Shown piece after piece: positions 51,820 to 64,000 of a stretch of DNA of 64,000 nucleotides. The stretch spans positions 130,448,001 through 130,512,000 of the forward strand of contig OX597815.1 of assembly GCA_951406725.2 (NCBI GenBank), given 5' to 3'. The notes beneath the pieces were generated by a model. It saw only the letters and a list, made by a program, of their open reading frames with translations. It was not told the origin of the DNA and did no database searches. The stretch is from Octopus vulgaris (Eukaryota). Both the position numbers and the translations under genes were made by a program. How positions within the stretch are numbered: the stretch's first letter is position 1; the number at the start of each line of letters is the position of its first letter.

Positions 51820-51960
51820 GAGAAACTGGTAAGCCGACATGGGTAATGTTCCTCTCAAATAGCTGCAGCAGGTTGGCTGCCGCAGGAAAGATATGAACAG
51901 GAAGAGAATTCCAGTGGGGAAATATATCCTGGGGAAGAAGGATAGGATGCAATATGTTCC
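51820..51960 (-). mobile_element. LINE 3' remnant (WNSLP motif)
   Basis: LSFFPR and WNSLPVHIFPAAANL in different frames, typical of CR1/Jockey-like ORF2 ends. Confidence 0.5.
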
Positions 51961-51998
51961 TGAAGTGTAGTATATTTCCAAAGATAGATACCAAGGAT

Positions 51999-52039
<41 letters not shown>

Positions 52040-52302
52040 AGAGAGAAAGGGAAAGAGAGAGACAGAAAGGGAGAGAGAGAGAGAGAGGGAGTGAAGATTT
52101 CTGGGAGGATAGCTAGGTTAGGTTTTGAGTGTCATTGTTTGAAGCTAATGGAACAAACATTATCAATTCCAATCATTGGTTTGTGATGGCTGAATATGCT
52201 TTGGCATCTGGTTTGTGTATGTGTGCCTGTATGTATGTATGCATGTATGTTTGTATAGATAGATAGATGGATGGATGGATGGATGGATAGTTAAAAAGCA
52301 AG

Positions 52303-52401
<99 letters not shown>

Positions 52402-55400
52402 AGAGAGAGAGAGAGAGAGTAGAGAGAGAGAGAGAGAGAGATATGTAGACAGACAGACTGACAGATAGATAGATAGATAGATAGATTGATAGGTATGAAG
52501 AAGGAGATTTACCTAATGTGTACATTCTGTGGCTGATCGTAAAGTGGAAGAAAATGTAGGCCCTTCATGTGTTGGGGTCCATAGATTAATAGTATTTAAG
52601 AATAAAAGCAAGGAGGATTCCTCAAACTTGCTGGAGATTCTTTCTGCAAAGGACAAAATCGACTGACTTGAGTTTGGGAGGCAGAGGAGCTTGCAAGCTG
52701 GCTGAAGCATGGACGCCTCCTTTGCATTACAGATGATTGGCTTAACAAAAGATACATCATCATCTTCATTGTCGTTATCGTTTTTTAACGTCCGGTTTCC
52801 ATACTGACATGAATTGGATAGTTTGACTGAGGACTGGCGAGCCAGAAGGCTGCACCAAACTCCAATCTGATCTGGCAAAGCTTCTACAGCTGGATGCCCT
52901 TCCTAATGCCAACCACTCCAAGAGTGTATTGGGTGCTTTTACGTGCCACCGGCATGAGGGCCAGACAGGCGTTTCTGGCAATGACCACAATCAAAAGTTG
53001 TTTTTTACATGCTACCTGCACAGGAGCCAGTCTGGCAGCACTGGCAACGACCACGCTCAAATGTTGTTTTTCACGTGCCACTAGCACATGTGCCAGTAAG
53101 GCGATGTTGGCAACGATCACACTTGAATGGTGCTTTTTACATGCCACTGGCTCAGGAGCCAATCAGTGGCTCTGGCAACGATCACACTGAGATGTGATTT
53201 TAACATTCCACTGGCACGAGTGCCAATCAGGCAGTACTGTCATCAGCCATGTCAGTGATTTTGATTTTGATTTTGATTTCACTTGCCTCAATAGGTCTTC
53301 GCAAGGAAAGTTTATTGTCCAGTGAATGAGGGGTACTCATAAGTGGGCTGGTTATACCCACTGGCATAGGCCACAGGTTATGGTCTCACTTGGCTTGTCG
53401 GGTCTTCTGAGCTGGGTAAATCTCTTTAATTTATAGGGATGAGTGAATTACCTCCCAGCATTGTAATCTTTGTCCTTTACCTGAGCTACTGCTGCTCAGC
53501 TATGAGTAAATTGCCTCTCTGTCTCTGATGGGTGAAATGCCATCAGTATCTGTGTTTCAAATTTCTTTGTTCACTGACTCTGATCCCAGCAAAATCTTCT
53601 TGTGAAGACTTGATGTTGTTTCCAGTGATGAACCACACTTCTTCTTGATACCAATTGCTTGGATGTTATTCATATGTGACTGAGTGTGAATGATGTAACA
53701 ACACCATGCAAACACTTAATAGTAAACTTTTATTTTACCGCACAAGTAATATTGAGATTGATGATGATGATGGTGATCATCATCATCATTATCATCATCA
53801 TCATCATCATCATCACCACCACCACCAAAAGGTAAGTCGAAAGGCAAGCTACTATAAATTGGTACGAACTTTCCGGACAACCCAATACAAGCTAGGTGCC
53901 CTTAGAAAAACAAAGTGAAGGAACTCAATTTATAAAAGTGACAATTGGACGTAGTAGAGAGAGCCTGTTTATGTAGCCAGTCACAGACCGAATAGAGCTG
54001 TAAACTTACTGTGTCATTTGAGCCTATTTTGGGATTAAAAATGTGTGTTAAACTAATGCTAGTACAGACATGTATAACAAAACTGTTATATAGCCATTAA
54101 GCTTTGAAGAGTTGAAAGAAAAAAAAATCTAGGATGACTGAGATGCTGTAGATTAAGTAGATTGGCCATGGATGGAGGGATGAAGTATTGTACCACTTCT
54201 CCATTTAGGAGATTATTTTAGACAAAACAAGGCTTACTCATTTACTCTTTTACACATTTCAGTCATTTGACTGTGGCCATGTTGGAGCACTGCCTTTAGT
54301 CTTACAAATTGTGCCCAGGAATTGTTCTTTGTAAGCCTAGTACTTATTCTATTGGCCTCTCTTGCTGAACCACTAAATTTCAGGGACATAAACACACCAA
54401 CATCGGTTGTCAAGCGATGGTGACTGGGACAAATACAGGCACAAAGACACACACACAAAGGGCTTCTTTCAGTTTCTGTCTACCAAATCTACTCACAAGA
54501 CTTTGGTTGGCATAAGGCTATAGTAGAAGACACTTGCCCAAGATACCATGCAGTGGAACTGAATCCGGAACCATTCAGTTGGGAAGCACGCTTCTTACCA
54601 CACAGCCACTCCCGTTCAAAATGTTTAGATTAAAACGCAACAGTAGCAGCAACGAGAAATAAGCAGATAAACCTTAATTGGTGAAGTATTTCAAAGTTAA
54701 TACTTCATTATACATGACAGTTATTATAATACTTTTAATTTTGGTACGGGGTCAGCAATTTTGAGGGGAGGGAAAGTTGTTAACATTGACCCTTAATGGT
54801 CAACTAGCACTGGTTTTGTAGACGCCTAAAGAATTATGAGTGAAGTCAACATTTACAACACTTCTACTATAGCCTCAGGCCAACCAAAGCCTTGTGAGTA
54901 GATTTGGTAGATGGAAATTAAAAGAAGCCTGTTGTGTGTGGGTTTTTGCACTTGTGTTTGTCCCCCACCCCACCATCACTTTACAACTGGTGTTGGTGTG
55001 TTTATGTCCACAAAACTTAGCAGTTTGGCTTACAAAAAAAAACAAAGCCATTGATGTCCAGTACTGTGATGGTTCTGCCAGCTCACCACCATATTACAAG
55101 CTATTATGATACATTAATATCATAAACTACTATTTACTGCTGAATTGACTTTGGGATACATCATAAATAAAATTTAGCTCTTTCCATGAAATACAACATT
55201 TGTGCATTATTATTCATTGGCTTCTTAATGCGGTGAGCTGGCAGAATCATTAGCATGCCAGGAGAAATGCTTCGTGGTATTTCGTCTGTCATTATATCCT
55301 GAGTTCAAATTCTGCCAAGGTCGACTTTGCCTTTCATCCTTTCAGGGTCGATTAAATAAGTACTGCTGGGGTCGATGTAATCCCTTCTCCAAAGTTGAGG

Positions 55401-56541
55401 CCATGTGCTTCCAGGAGAAAGAATTATTCATTGGCGTTTTTAAAAAAAATCTGAGTATGAATGGGCAACGATGACAGTCACATAAAGAACTAAATTTAGC
55501 AGTGTTAGGTGGTGGGGTGGGTGGTGATGGCTAAAGAATGGCATGTTTGTTATAGCTGCAAGACATTCCGATTTGTGATACGTCCTCATAGCAATGGTAG
55601 GCAGATGTGTTGAAAGTGAAATTATTTTACTCATAAAAAAAAACCATGATACAAATAACAGAATCAGAATCACCACTCTTTTGATTCTGTGACTTTAATA
55701 AGGTAGCAAGCTGGCAGACTCATTAGCATGCCAGGTGAAATGCTTAGTGGTATTTCATCTGCCACTACGTTTTGAGTTCAAATTATGCCGAGGTCGACTT
55801 TGCCTTTCATCCTTTCAGGGTCGATCAAATAAGTACCAGTTACGCACTGGGGTCGATATAATCGACTTAATCCGTTTGTCTGTCCTTGTTTGTCCTCTCT
55901 GTGTTTAGCCCCTTGTGGGTAGTAAAGAAATAGGTATTTCGTCTGCCACTACATTCAGAGTTCAAATTTCACCAAGGTCAGCTTTGCCTTTCGTCCTTTT
56001 GGGGTTGATAAATTAAGTACCAGTTGAGTACTGGCGTTGATGTGATTGACTATCCTGCTTCCTCAAATTTCAGGCCTTGTGCCTATAGTAGAAAGGATTC
56101 TGCGACTTTAAGGTTGTGATTTGAGGGAAATTTGACTTCTGTATCTGATAGGATAGGTCAAGCGACCATTTAACCCACATGGTCTTGAATATTATGAAGA
56201 TATGTCGAGAAGGTTATCACCTATCACATGGAAGGACTTCCTCATGATCTCACTCACCTGACGAAACCAGTGAAGGTCATGTTGATTATATCTCTTTCCC
56301 TGACAAACACATGGAAAAAATAACCTCCTTCCTTGGAAATTTATGGTTTTGTGCCAGAGTTTGAAATAAATCATCAATAAGTGCATTAATAATGATTAAG
56401 AATATTAGGTCACTGGTTTCAGAATTTGGCTGGAAACCACTAACCATCTCTTTCTAGTTTCATACTCTAGACACTCACACTACACATGCTCCCTCTCTCC
56501 CTCTTTCTCTCTTACACAAACATACTCTTTCTTTCCCTCTT

Positions 56542-56606
<65 letters not shown>

Positions 56607-58365
56607 ACACAGAGTCTCCCTCTCTCCCTCTCCTCTCTCTCACTTCAACACACGCTCATAGTGAGATTGTCTTTGGCAAACGTTTTACTATTTACTTGGC
56701 AAAGGTAGCGGATTTGTAGAATTATCAGAGTTGCATATAAATTGTCTTCTTAAAGTTCTGAGTTCCATTCCTTCTGAGGTCATCTTAGCCTTTCATTCAT
56801 ACACAGTGTCTGCAAAAGAAAGTACCAGTCATATACTGGAGTTCATATAATCAGCTCACCCTTGTCCACATCAAGTGGATTTATGCCAATGTCAGATATA
56901 TATACATATATAGTAACAGTGGTTTATTGAAAGCATTGTTGGAGCTGGAACTAAAATGTATACTGGAAGAGAATTACAACCATCCCTATTCTGAGTTCAA
57001 ATCTCACTGAGGTTAAGACTGGCTTTTGTTTCTCAGGCGTGATAAAATAAGGTATGAGTTGAGTTTTGGTATCCATCTAGGTGAAGGAGTGGCTGTGTGG
57101 TAAGAAGCTTGCTTCCCAACCACATGTTTCTGGGTTCAGTCTCACTGCATGGCACCTTCGGCAAGAGTATTCTACTATAGCCTCGGGCTGAGTGGATTTG
57201 GTAGACAGAAACTGAAAGAAGCCCGTCATGTATATATGTGAGTGCGTGTGCGCATGTGTGTGTGTGTGTGCGTCTTTGTGTCTGTGTTTGTTGCCATCAC
57301 TGCTTGACAACCAGTGTTGGTGTGTTAATGTCCCTGTAACTTAGCAGTTTGGCAAAAGAGACTGATAGAATAAGTACCAGGCTTAAGAAAGTATAAGTAA
57401 TGGAGTTGACTCATTTCAACTAAAAATTCAAGGTGGTGCCCTAGCATGGCCACAGTCTAATGACTGAAACAGGTAAAATAAAACAAAAGATAAAAGACTT
57501 TTTCTATTCCTGAGCTTTATACTAATACATCTGTTTGTTTTGTACACCACCTGTCTTCGTCTGTTGTTGTTTTTTTCGTAAACTCTCCCTATATATATAT
57601 ATACAAAATACATACATATGTATATATACATAAATGCATGACTGGCTTCCATGCTGGTGGCACATAAAAAGCACCATTTGAGTGTGCTTGATGCCAGTGC
57701 TGCCTGACTGGTCGCCCATTACACTCTTGGAGTGGTTGGCGTTAGGAAGGGCATGCAGCTGTAGAAATTTGCCAGACCTCAGTCAAACCGTTCAACCCAT
57801 GACAATGATGAGGATGATGATATATATATATATATATATATATATAGCTTAAATGATCCAGTCATCTCTCATGTATGAGTGATATCAGAATTCCGAAGCA
57901 ACTTCTCTTTGGCCAATTCCCAACAGGTAGTTCAGTTGAAAGGCCACTGTTGCACTTCAAAGACAAACTAAAAGACAATCTGAAGCGATGCAGCATTCTT
58001 TTTCTTCCTGGGAAAACAAAGCATTAGGATGCAAGACCTGGTGCCAGTCTTGCTTCTCCTCAGTTCAAAGATTTGAGCTAAGTTGACTCCAACATTGGAA
58101 CCATGCAAGGATGAAGGTATGCTGGCAAAATTCTGTCATTGTGGTTTTGTGGCATGAAGCAAAGCAGGCCTTGCCGTCCATTCAAGAGAACACATAGTAA
58201 ATGATCCACAAGCACTCAAGCAAATTGAGTCCTCAACTTGTTCCATTTTCCAAAAGGTTTGCAAGGCACCAGCAGACATTAAGAGACCCATGCCTGTCCC
58301 AAGAACATGATTATTACTTTATTTTACTGAACCCTCATTTGTCATTCACAACAAGAGAATCCATC

Positions 58366-58416
<51 letters not shown>

Positions 58417-59699
58417 AATGTGCATGGCTTAGTGGTTAGTGTGTTGTACTCACGAATGTGAGCTTGTAGGTTCAATTCCCAGACTGTTTGTTGCTTTGTG
58501 TTTTTGAGCAAAGCACTTCATTTCACCTTGCACTGCCATCATTTCGTCATCTGACATGTGACACATGGTGCACCTGTTCAGATAATGTCAATTTGATGGA
58601 AAGATTTAGCTTATGTGAACACAAACATTTGGTCACTATGAACAAATCATCTGTGTGGTTGTTTGACAATTTCTTGCTAAGCCCTCATACATTGTCTAAC
58701 AACTTAATTTAAAATATCTAATTCAGAGTCACATAAATAATATAAACAATGTTTTGTTTATAATAGATTTTGTATTTGATTTCATTCCATAGTGAAGTGT
58801 TGGATACTTAGACCTAAACAGAATAGTTGTGCTTTGTTAGACACAGGAGAACACAAAGAACAAAACATTCTAGTCTGTCAGATGAACAAATATTTGGTGT
58901 CGTTTAGCTAAGTGTTGTTTCACAACATTAACTGAATGGGAGATTTATTCTGTCTTGTGCATCTGTGTGTGTTTGTATGGATGGATAGATGTATTATGTA
59001 TGTATGTGCATAGATAGGTAGTTGGACAGACAGACAGATAAACAGACTCAACCAGCCAGCCAGACCGACAGACAGACAGACAAAGAGATAAACAGATATT
59101 TAGATAGATAGAGATGCACATAAGAAATTCCTGCTCTGATCATGTAGGCCTTATATTATCAAAATGGTCTTTTCAGATTTGGCTTTTATTTCTAGCAGTT
59201 TGAATAGCTACATAGTGGTCTCGCTGTTGGATTGGAGGCAAGCAACTGAGAAAAGAAAGAGAAAATCTTTGTAATGTTGTATTAACTCTACAAGAAATAT
59301 CTCTGTTATTGTTTACTTAAGACTTAGTTTCACTTGAGTAAAGTTATGATCCAAACTGGTTGATTAAACAAGAGATTTGATTGACATTTCAAACTATGGC
59401 TGTGCTATCTTTATTGTCTGCAAGACAAGACAGACTTATACAGATGTCAATATACGGGGATGGTGGGGCAATGGTTAGCAGAACTGTTAGCATGCCAAAC
59501 AAAATACTAAGTGGCATTTTTTTCCATCTATGTTCTGAGTTCAAATCTAACTGACATGATCTATGATCAAAAGACTTTGCTTTACATCCTTTCAGGATCA
59601 GTAAAATGAGTACCACTTAAGTGCTGGGGTTGACATTATTGATTTAAACCCTCTCTTGAACTTGTTGGCTTTGTGTCAAAATTTGAAATAATTATGACA

Positions 59700-59940
59700 C
59701 CTTTTGAGCATTGGACCTCATGGAGGCAAAGTGGCTGAGTTCCTTTTGAGCATTGAGCCTCATGGAGGCGAAGTGGCTCAATTTCTTTCAAATGTTGGGC
59801 CTCATGGAGGCAAAATGGTTGAGTTCCTTTTGAGTGTTGGGCCTCATCGAGGCAAAGTGGCTAAGTTCCTTTCGAGTTTTGAGCCTCACGGAGGCAAAGT
59901 GGCTGAGTTCCTTTCAAGTGTTGGTCATCACAGAGGCAAT
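59700..59940. repeat. 42-bp degenerate tandem repeat, about 6 copies
   Basis: GAGCATTGGGCCTCATGGAGGCAAAGTGGCTGAGTTCCTTTT-like units. Confidence 0.85.
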
Positions 59941-60981
59941 GACTGAGACCTTTTGGCATTATGTCATGCTTGATAAGAAGACCCATCAAGCTAAGCAAAA
60001 TTGCAGCTGTGACAGATACTGGTGTCGTGTAAATGGCACCTGTACCAGTGGCACATAAAAGCACCCATTACACTCCCACAGTGATTGGTGTTAGGAAGGG
60101 CATCCAGCCATAGAAACCATACCAAATCAGATTGGAGTATGCCAGCAGCAAGCTGGCAGAAACATTAGCACACTGTGTGAAATGCTTAGCAGTATTTTGT
60201 CTGTCTTTACATTCTGAGTTCAAATTCCGCTGAGGTCAGTTTTGCCTTCCATCCTTTCGGGGATGATACATTAAGTACCACAGTTCTATATTTAAGAGAT
60301 GAGGAATTATGTACATTATTTACATTATTTACATTTGACAGATATTTGTCCTCATCCTGGGTTCACATTCTTCATCTGGGTTCTCATTCCTAAGGTATTT
60401 TTCAATGTTATTATTATTATTATTATTGAGTGAGAGAGCAGTGCATGCCATCAAAGTGACACTGGAGTAAAATATACGAAGCCCAGTATACCCATCATGA
60501 CTACTCATCTGATAAGTATACACCAGGCACATGCATTACAACCATATGTGCACGACATGGTGATCTCATATCAAGATAAACAGCACATGACCTTGCAGGT
60601 GGGGGCCCTGTTAGAATTTTCTTCAGGTCGAGTAGCCCATCCTGCTCAAAAGGTCCCTGAATAAGGATTGTTTAAGGATGTTGAATGAAACCCCATGTTT
60701 CCAAAGGTGAATTATCAAAACCTCCAAGAATTCCTTTCAACACTCAGCTATGATGCTCTCCCACTACTTCTGGTCATGATCAGAGATGCACATATCATCA
60801 GCCACTAAAGGGCATGCTTAAATAGTTAAGATCAATCAACTGACAAGCAAATCTGTGATACTGATCAGAATATTTGCTGTAGTCCATCTTTTATACCAAG
60901 ACAAAACAACGTACATGATAACACTTCCAATCAGTTAAGATCAGAAGCCATGAGAGCCACTGTCCAGTACTGCATCAGGGC

Positions 60982-61066
<85 letters not shown>

Positions 61067-61070
<4 letters not shown>

Positions 61071-61214
61071 TCACTGCCTGGAATTGAACTCGGAAGCTTG
61101 GGGTTAGTAACCCGCGCTATTAACCACTACGCCATATGCCCATGGGTATATAGTGTAGTGGTTGAGAGCGCGGGCTACTAACCCCAAGATTCTGAGTTCA
61201 ATTCCAAGCAGTGA

Positions 61215-61218
<4 letters not shown>
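61067..61218. repeat. palindrome of two divergent tRNA-like heads between (TAT)n and (AAT)n
   Basis: CAGGTCACTGC...GCAGTGACCTG arms, each with TAGTGGTT and GAGTTCAATTCC boxes. Confidence 0.8.
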
Positions 61219-61258
<40 letters not shown>

Positions 61259-64000
61259 TCGAAAAATACCTTAGGAATGAGAACCCAGGTTTGAAATTTC
61301 CCCAAGACACCTGATGAAGGTTGGAGAGTATATCAGCCGAAACATTGTGTTAATAACAAGCAAAATGAGGACAAATATCAGTCAAATGTAAATAATGTAA
61401 ACAATGTAAATTAAGTACCAGTTATGTACTGGGGTCGATCTGATTGACTAGCTCCCTCCCCCCAAATATCAGGCCTTGTGCTCTGGTCAAACCTTCCAAC
61501 CCATGCCAGTATGGACAACAGACATTAAATGATAATGATAGTGAAGATGATGTTGATGATGATATGGAGGAGGTAGGGTGGAGGCTAGCAGAACTGTTCA
61601 CATGCCAGACAAAAATGTTTAGTGGTATTTTATCTGTCTTTTGTTCTGAGTTTGAAGTCTGCCAAGATCAATTTTGCCTTTCATCCATTCCGGGTCAATA
61701 AAACAAACACCATTTGAGCACTGAGGTTAAAGTAACTGTCTTACTTCCTTCCCCCAAAATTGCTGGCTTTGTGCTAAAATTTGAAACCAATACATGGGGG
61801 AGGTGTGATGGCCATGTGAATAAACTATTGAACATGAGCTGTAATCTGTAGCAGGTAGTTTGGGGTTGTGATGATGATGGTAGGGGTTCAATTCTGAGTC
61901 AAATCTGACTGAAAAAAGTCTATGATCAAAAGCATCCACACATGACTATCCCATCTGGTTTTTCGTTTTCTTTTTTTTTTTGACACAGGTGCAGACATGA
62001 CAGTGTAGTTAAAAAGATTGCTTCACAACAACATGGTTTGAGGTTCAGTCCTACTGTGTGCATTTTGAGCAAGTGTCAACTCACAAGGCCAACCGACGCC
62101 TTGTGAGCAGATTGATAGAAGGAAACTGAAAGAAGCTTGTCATGTGTGTGTGTGTGTTTGTGTCTCTTCGTCTTGTACAATTGTTGTAAATGAGTACCAC
62201 TGTCATATAAGCAGTGTCATTCACTTCCAACATTCTGTGAGAACTTGTCTGGCCAGCGAGAAATATTATCTGTCTTGGAATCAGATGAGGGTTGGCAACA
62301 GGAAGGGCATCAAGCCGTAGAAGAAAATCTGCCCCAATAAACTCTGACCAACCTATGCAAACATGGAAGAGTGGACATTAAAACAATGATGATGATGAGA
62401 ATGATGATGATGATGACAATGATGATAATATATCTGAGTTTCTTTTATCCAATTTGTCCTTCTTTTTTTTCAAGACAAAACTCTCTTCTGCTTTGAGTGA
62501 AGGCACATGACCCAGTGGATAGAATATTGGGCCCATGATCATAGTGAATGCAGTTCTAGACCAGGGGAGCAAGTATGTCCATAAACAGAGTCATATTGCT
62601 CCAGTTTATGCTACTACGGATTAGTATCAGTCAAGGGCTGGTGCAGCCCCCACCATCTCCCTTATTCTATTGGTCTCTTTTTGCTGAACTACTAAGTTAT
62701 GGGGACATAAAAACCCCAATACCAGTTCTGAAGTAAAGGTGGGGGACAAACATGGACAGAGACAGACAGACAGACACACACACACACACACACATGCTTG
62801 CTTCCCAGTCACATGGTTCTAGAATCAGTCCCACTGCGTGGCACCTTAGGCAAGTGTCTTCTACTATAACCTTGGGCTGACCAAAGCCTTGTGAGTGGAT
62901 TTGATAGATGGAAACTGAAAAGAAGTCCATCATATATATGTGTGTGTGTGTGTGTGTCTCCTGGTATTGCTTGACAACTGGTGTTGGTGTGCCTACGTAC
63001 CCATGATTTAGCAGTTCGGCAAAAAATATCAAAAGAGTAAGTACCAGGCTCAACAAAAAATAAGTCCTGGGGTTGATTCATTCAACTGAAATTTCTTCAA
63101 GGTGGTTCCCCAGCATGGCTGCAGTCAAATGACTGGAACAAGTAAAAGATAGAGATTAAAGATTTATATGTATGTATCATCATCATCATCATCATCATTT
63201 AACGTCCGTTTTCTATACTGGCATGGGTTGGACGGTTTGACTGAGGTCTAGAGAGCCAATGTTTCTACAGCTGGATGCCCTTCCTAACACCAATGCATAT
63301 ATATATATATATGATGGGTTTCTTTCAGTTTCCATCTACCAAATCCACTCACAAAGATTTGGTCATCCCAAGGGCATAATAGAAGACACTTGCCCAAGGT
63401 GCCATGCAGTGGGACTGAACTCAGAACCATGTGGTTGAGAAGCAAACTTCTTACCATACAGCTATCCCTACACATATGTTACATAAGTAACTTTAAGACT
63501 GAACCACATAAAATAACTACTCCTCACTTAGAATTGATATTTTTATTTCTTTATTGTCAACAGGGGGCTAAACATACAGGGGACAAACAAGGACAGACAA
63601 AGGGATTAAATCGGTTAGATCGACCCCAGTATGTAACTGTTACTTATTTAATCGACCCTGAAAGGATGAAAGGCAAAGACGACCTCGGTGGAATTTGAAC
63701 TCAGAATGTAATGGCAGATGAAATACTGCTAAGCATTTTGTCTGGCATGCTAGCAATTCTACCCACTGCCTTAAAGCCAACGAATATTTATTTTTTATTG
63801 CCTATAGGGTCTAAACATAAAGGGGAGAAACAAGGACAGAGAAAGGGATTAAGTTGATTGCATTGACCCCAATGCATAACTGGTACTTATTTAATCGACC
63901 CTGAAAGGATGAAAGGCAAAGTCGACCTTGGCAGAATATGAACTCAAGATGTAACAGCAAACGAAATACCGCTAAGTATTTCGCTCGGCATGCTAATGTT

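Noticed and set aside
50460-51994. Long Gly/Asp-, Thr- or Val-rich ORFs (mucin-like)
   Set aside because: Trinucleotide microsatellite mosaics open in several frames on both strands.
59704-59946. 14-aa repeat protein
   Set aside because: Tandem repeat inside repeat-derived sequence, with no splice or start support.
61145-61218. Functional tRNA gene
   Set aside because: Has A/B boxes but no convincing acceptor stem; part of a repeat palindrome.

Overview
AT-rich, microsatellite- and SINE-dense animal genomic DNA. The repeat families look like coleoid cephalopod (octopus) repeats; this is recognised from memory, not searched. The ORF track misses the main gene because it is spliced. On the minus strand, five short exons (25247-25084, 22513-22405, 21499-21458, 19621-19547, 18198-17988) join in frame into a divergent but catalytically intact SPRTN/Spartan-type DNA-protein-crosslink metalloprotease (WSKRMTSCAG, LLETLLHEMIH, HGPKF, WKCNGPC...HANICGG). 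Downstream I found no canonical SHP/PIP/UBZ tail. Instead there is a run of 24-111 nt symmetric phase-1 micro-exons, ending in a tandemly amplified Thr/Pro/Lys-rich array (2.5-6.4 kb) in which some copies are intact and others have dead splice sites. A CpG-rich promoter-like island lies at about 32.1 kb. The rest is mobile DNA: a 22-bp minisatellite, piggyBac/Tc1/MULE-like MITEs, an ORF1-only Tx1/L1-like element inside a SINE, a Helitron helicase remnant, Penelope-type hammerhead motifs, and a Dong/R4-type LINE caught in a 1.36-kb inverted duplication with a triplicated core. From about 50 kb onward the SINEs are CpG-depleted, and weak exon candidates suggest another minus-strand gene body. 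All exon calls were made by eye and need RNA support.
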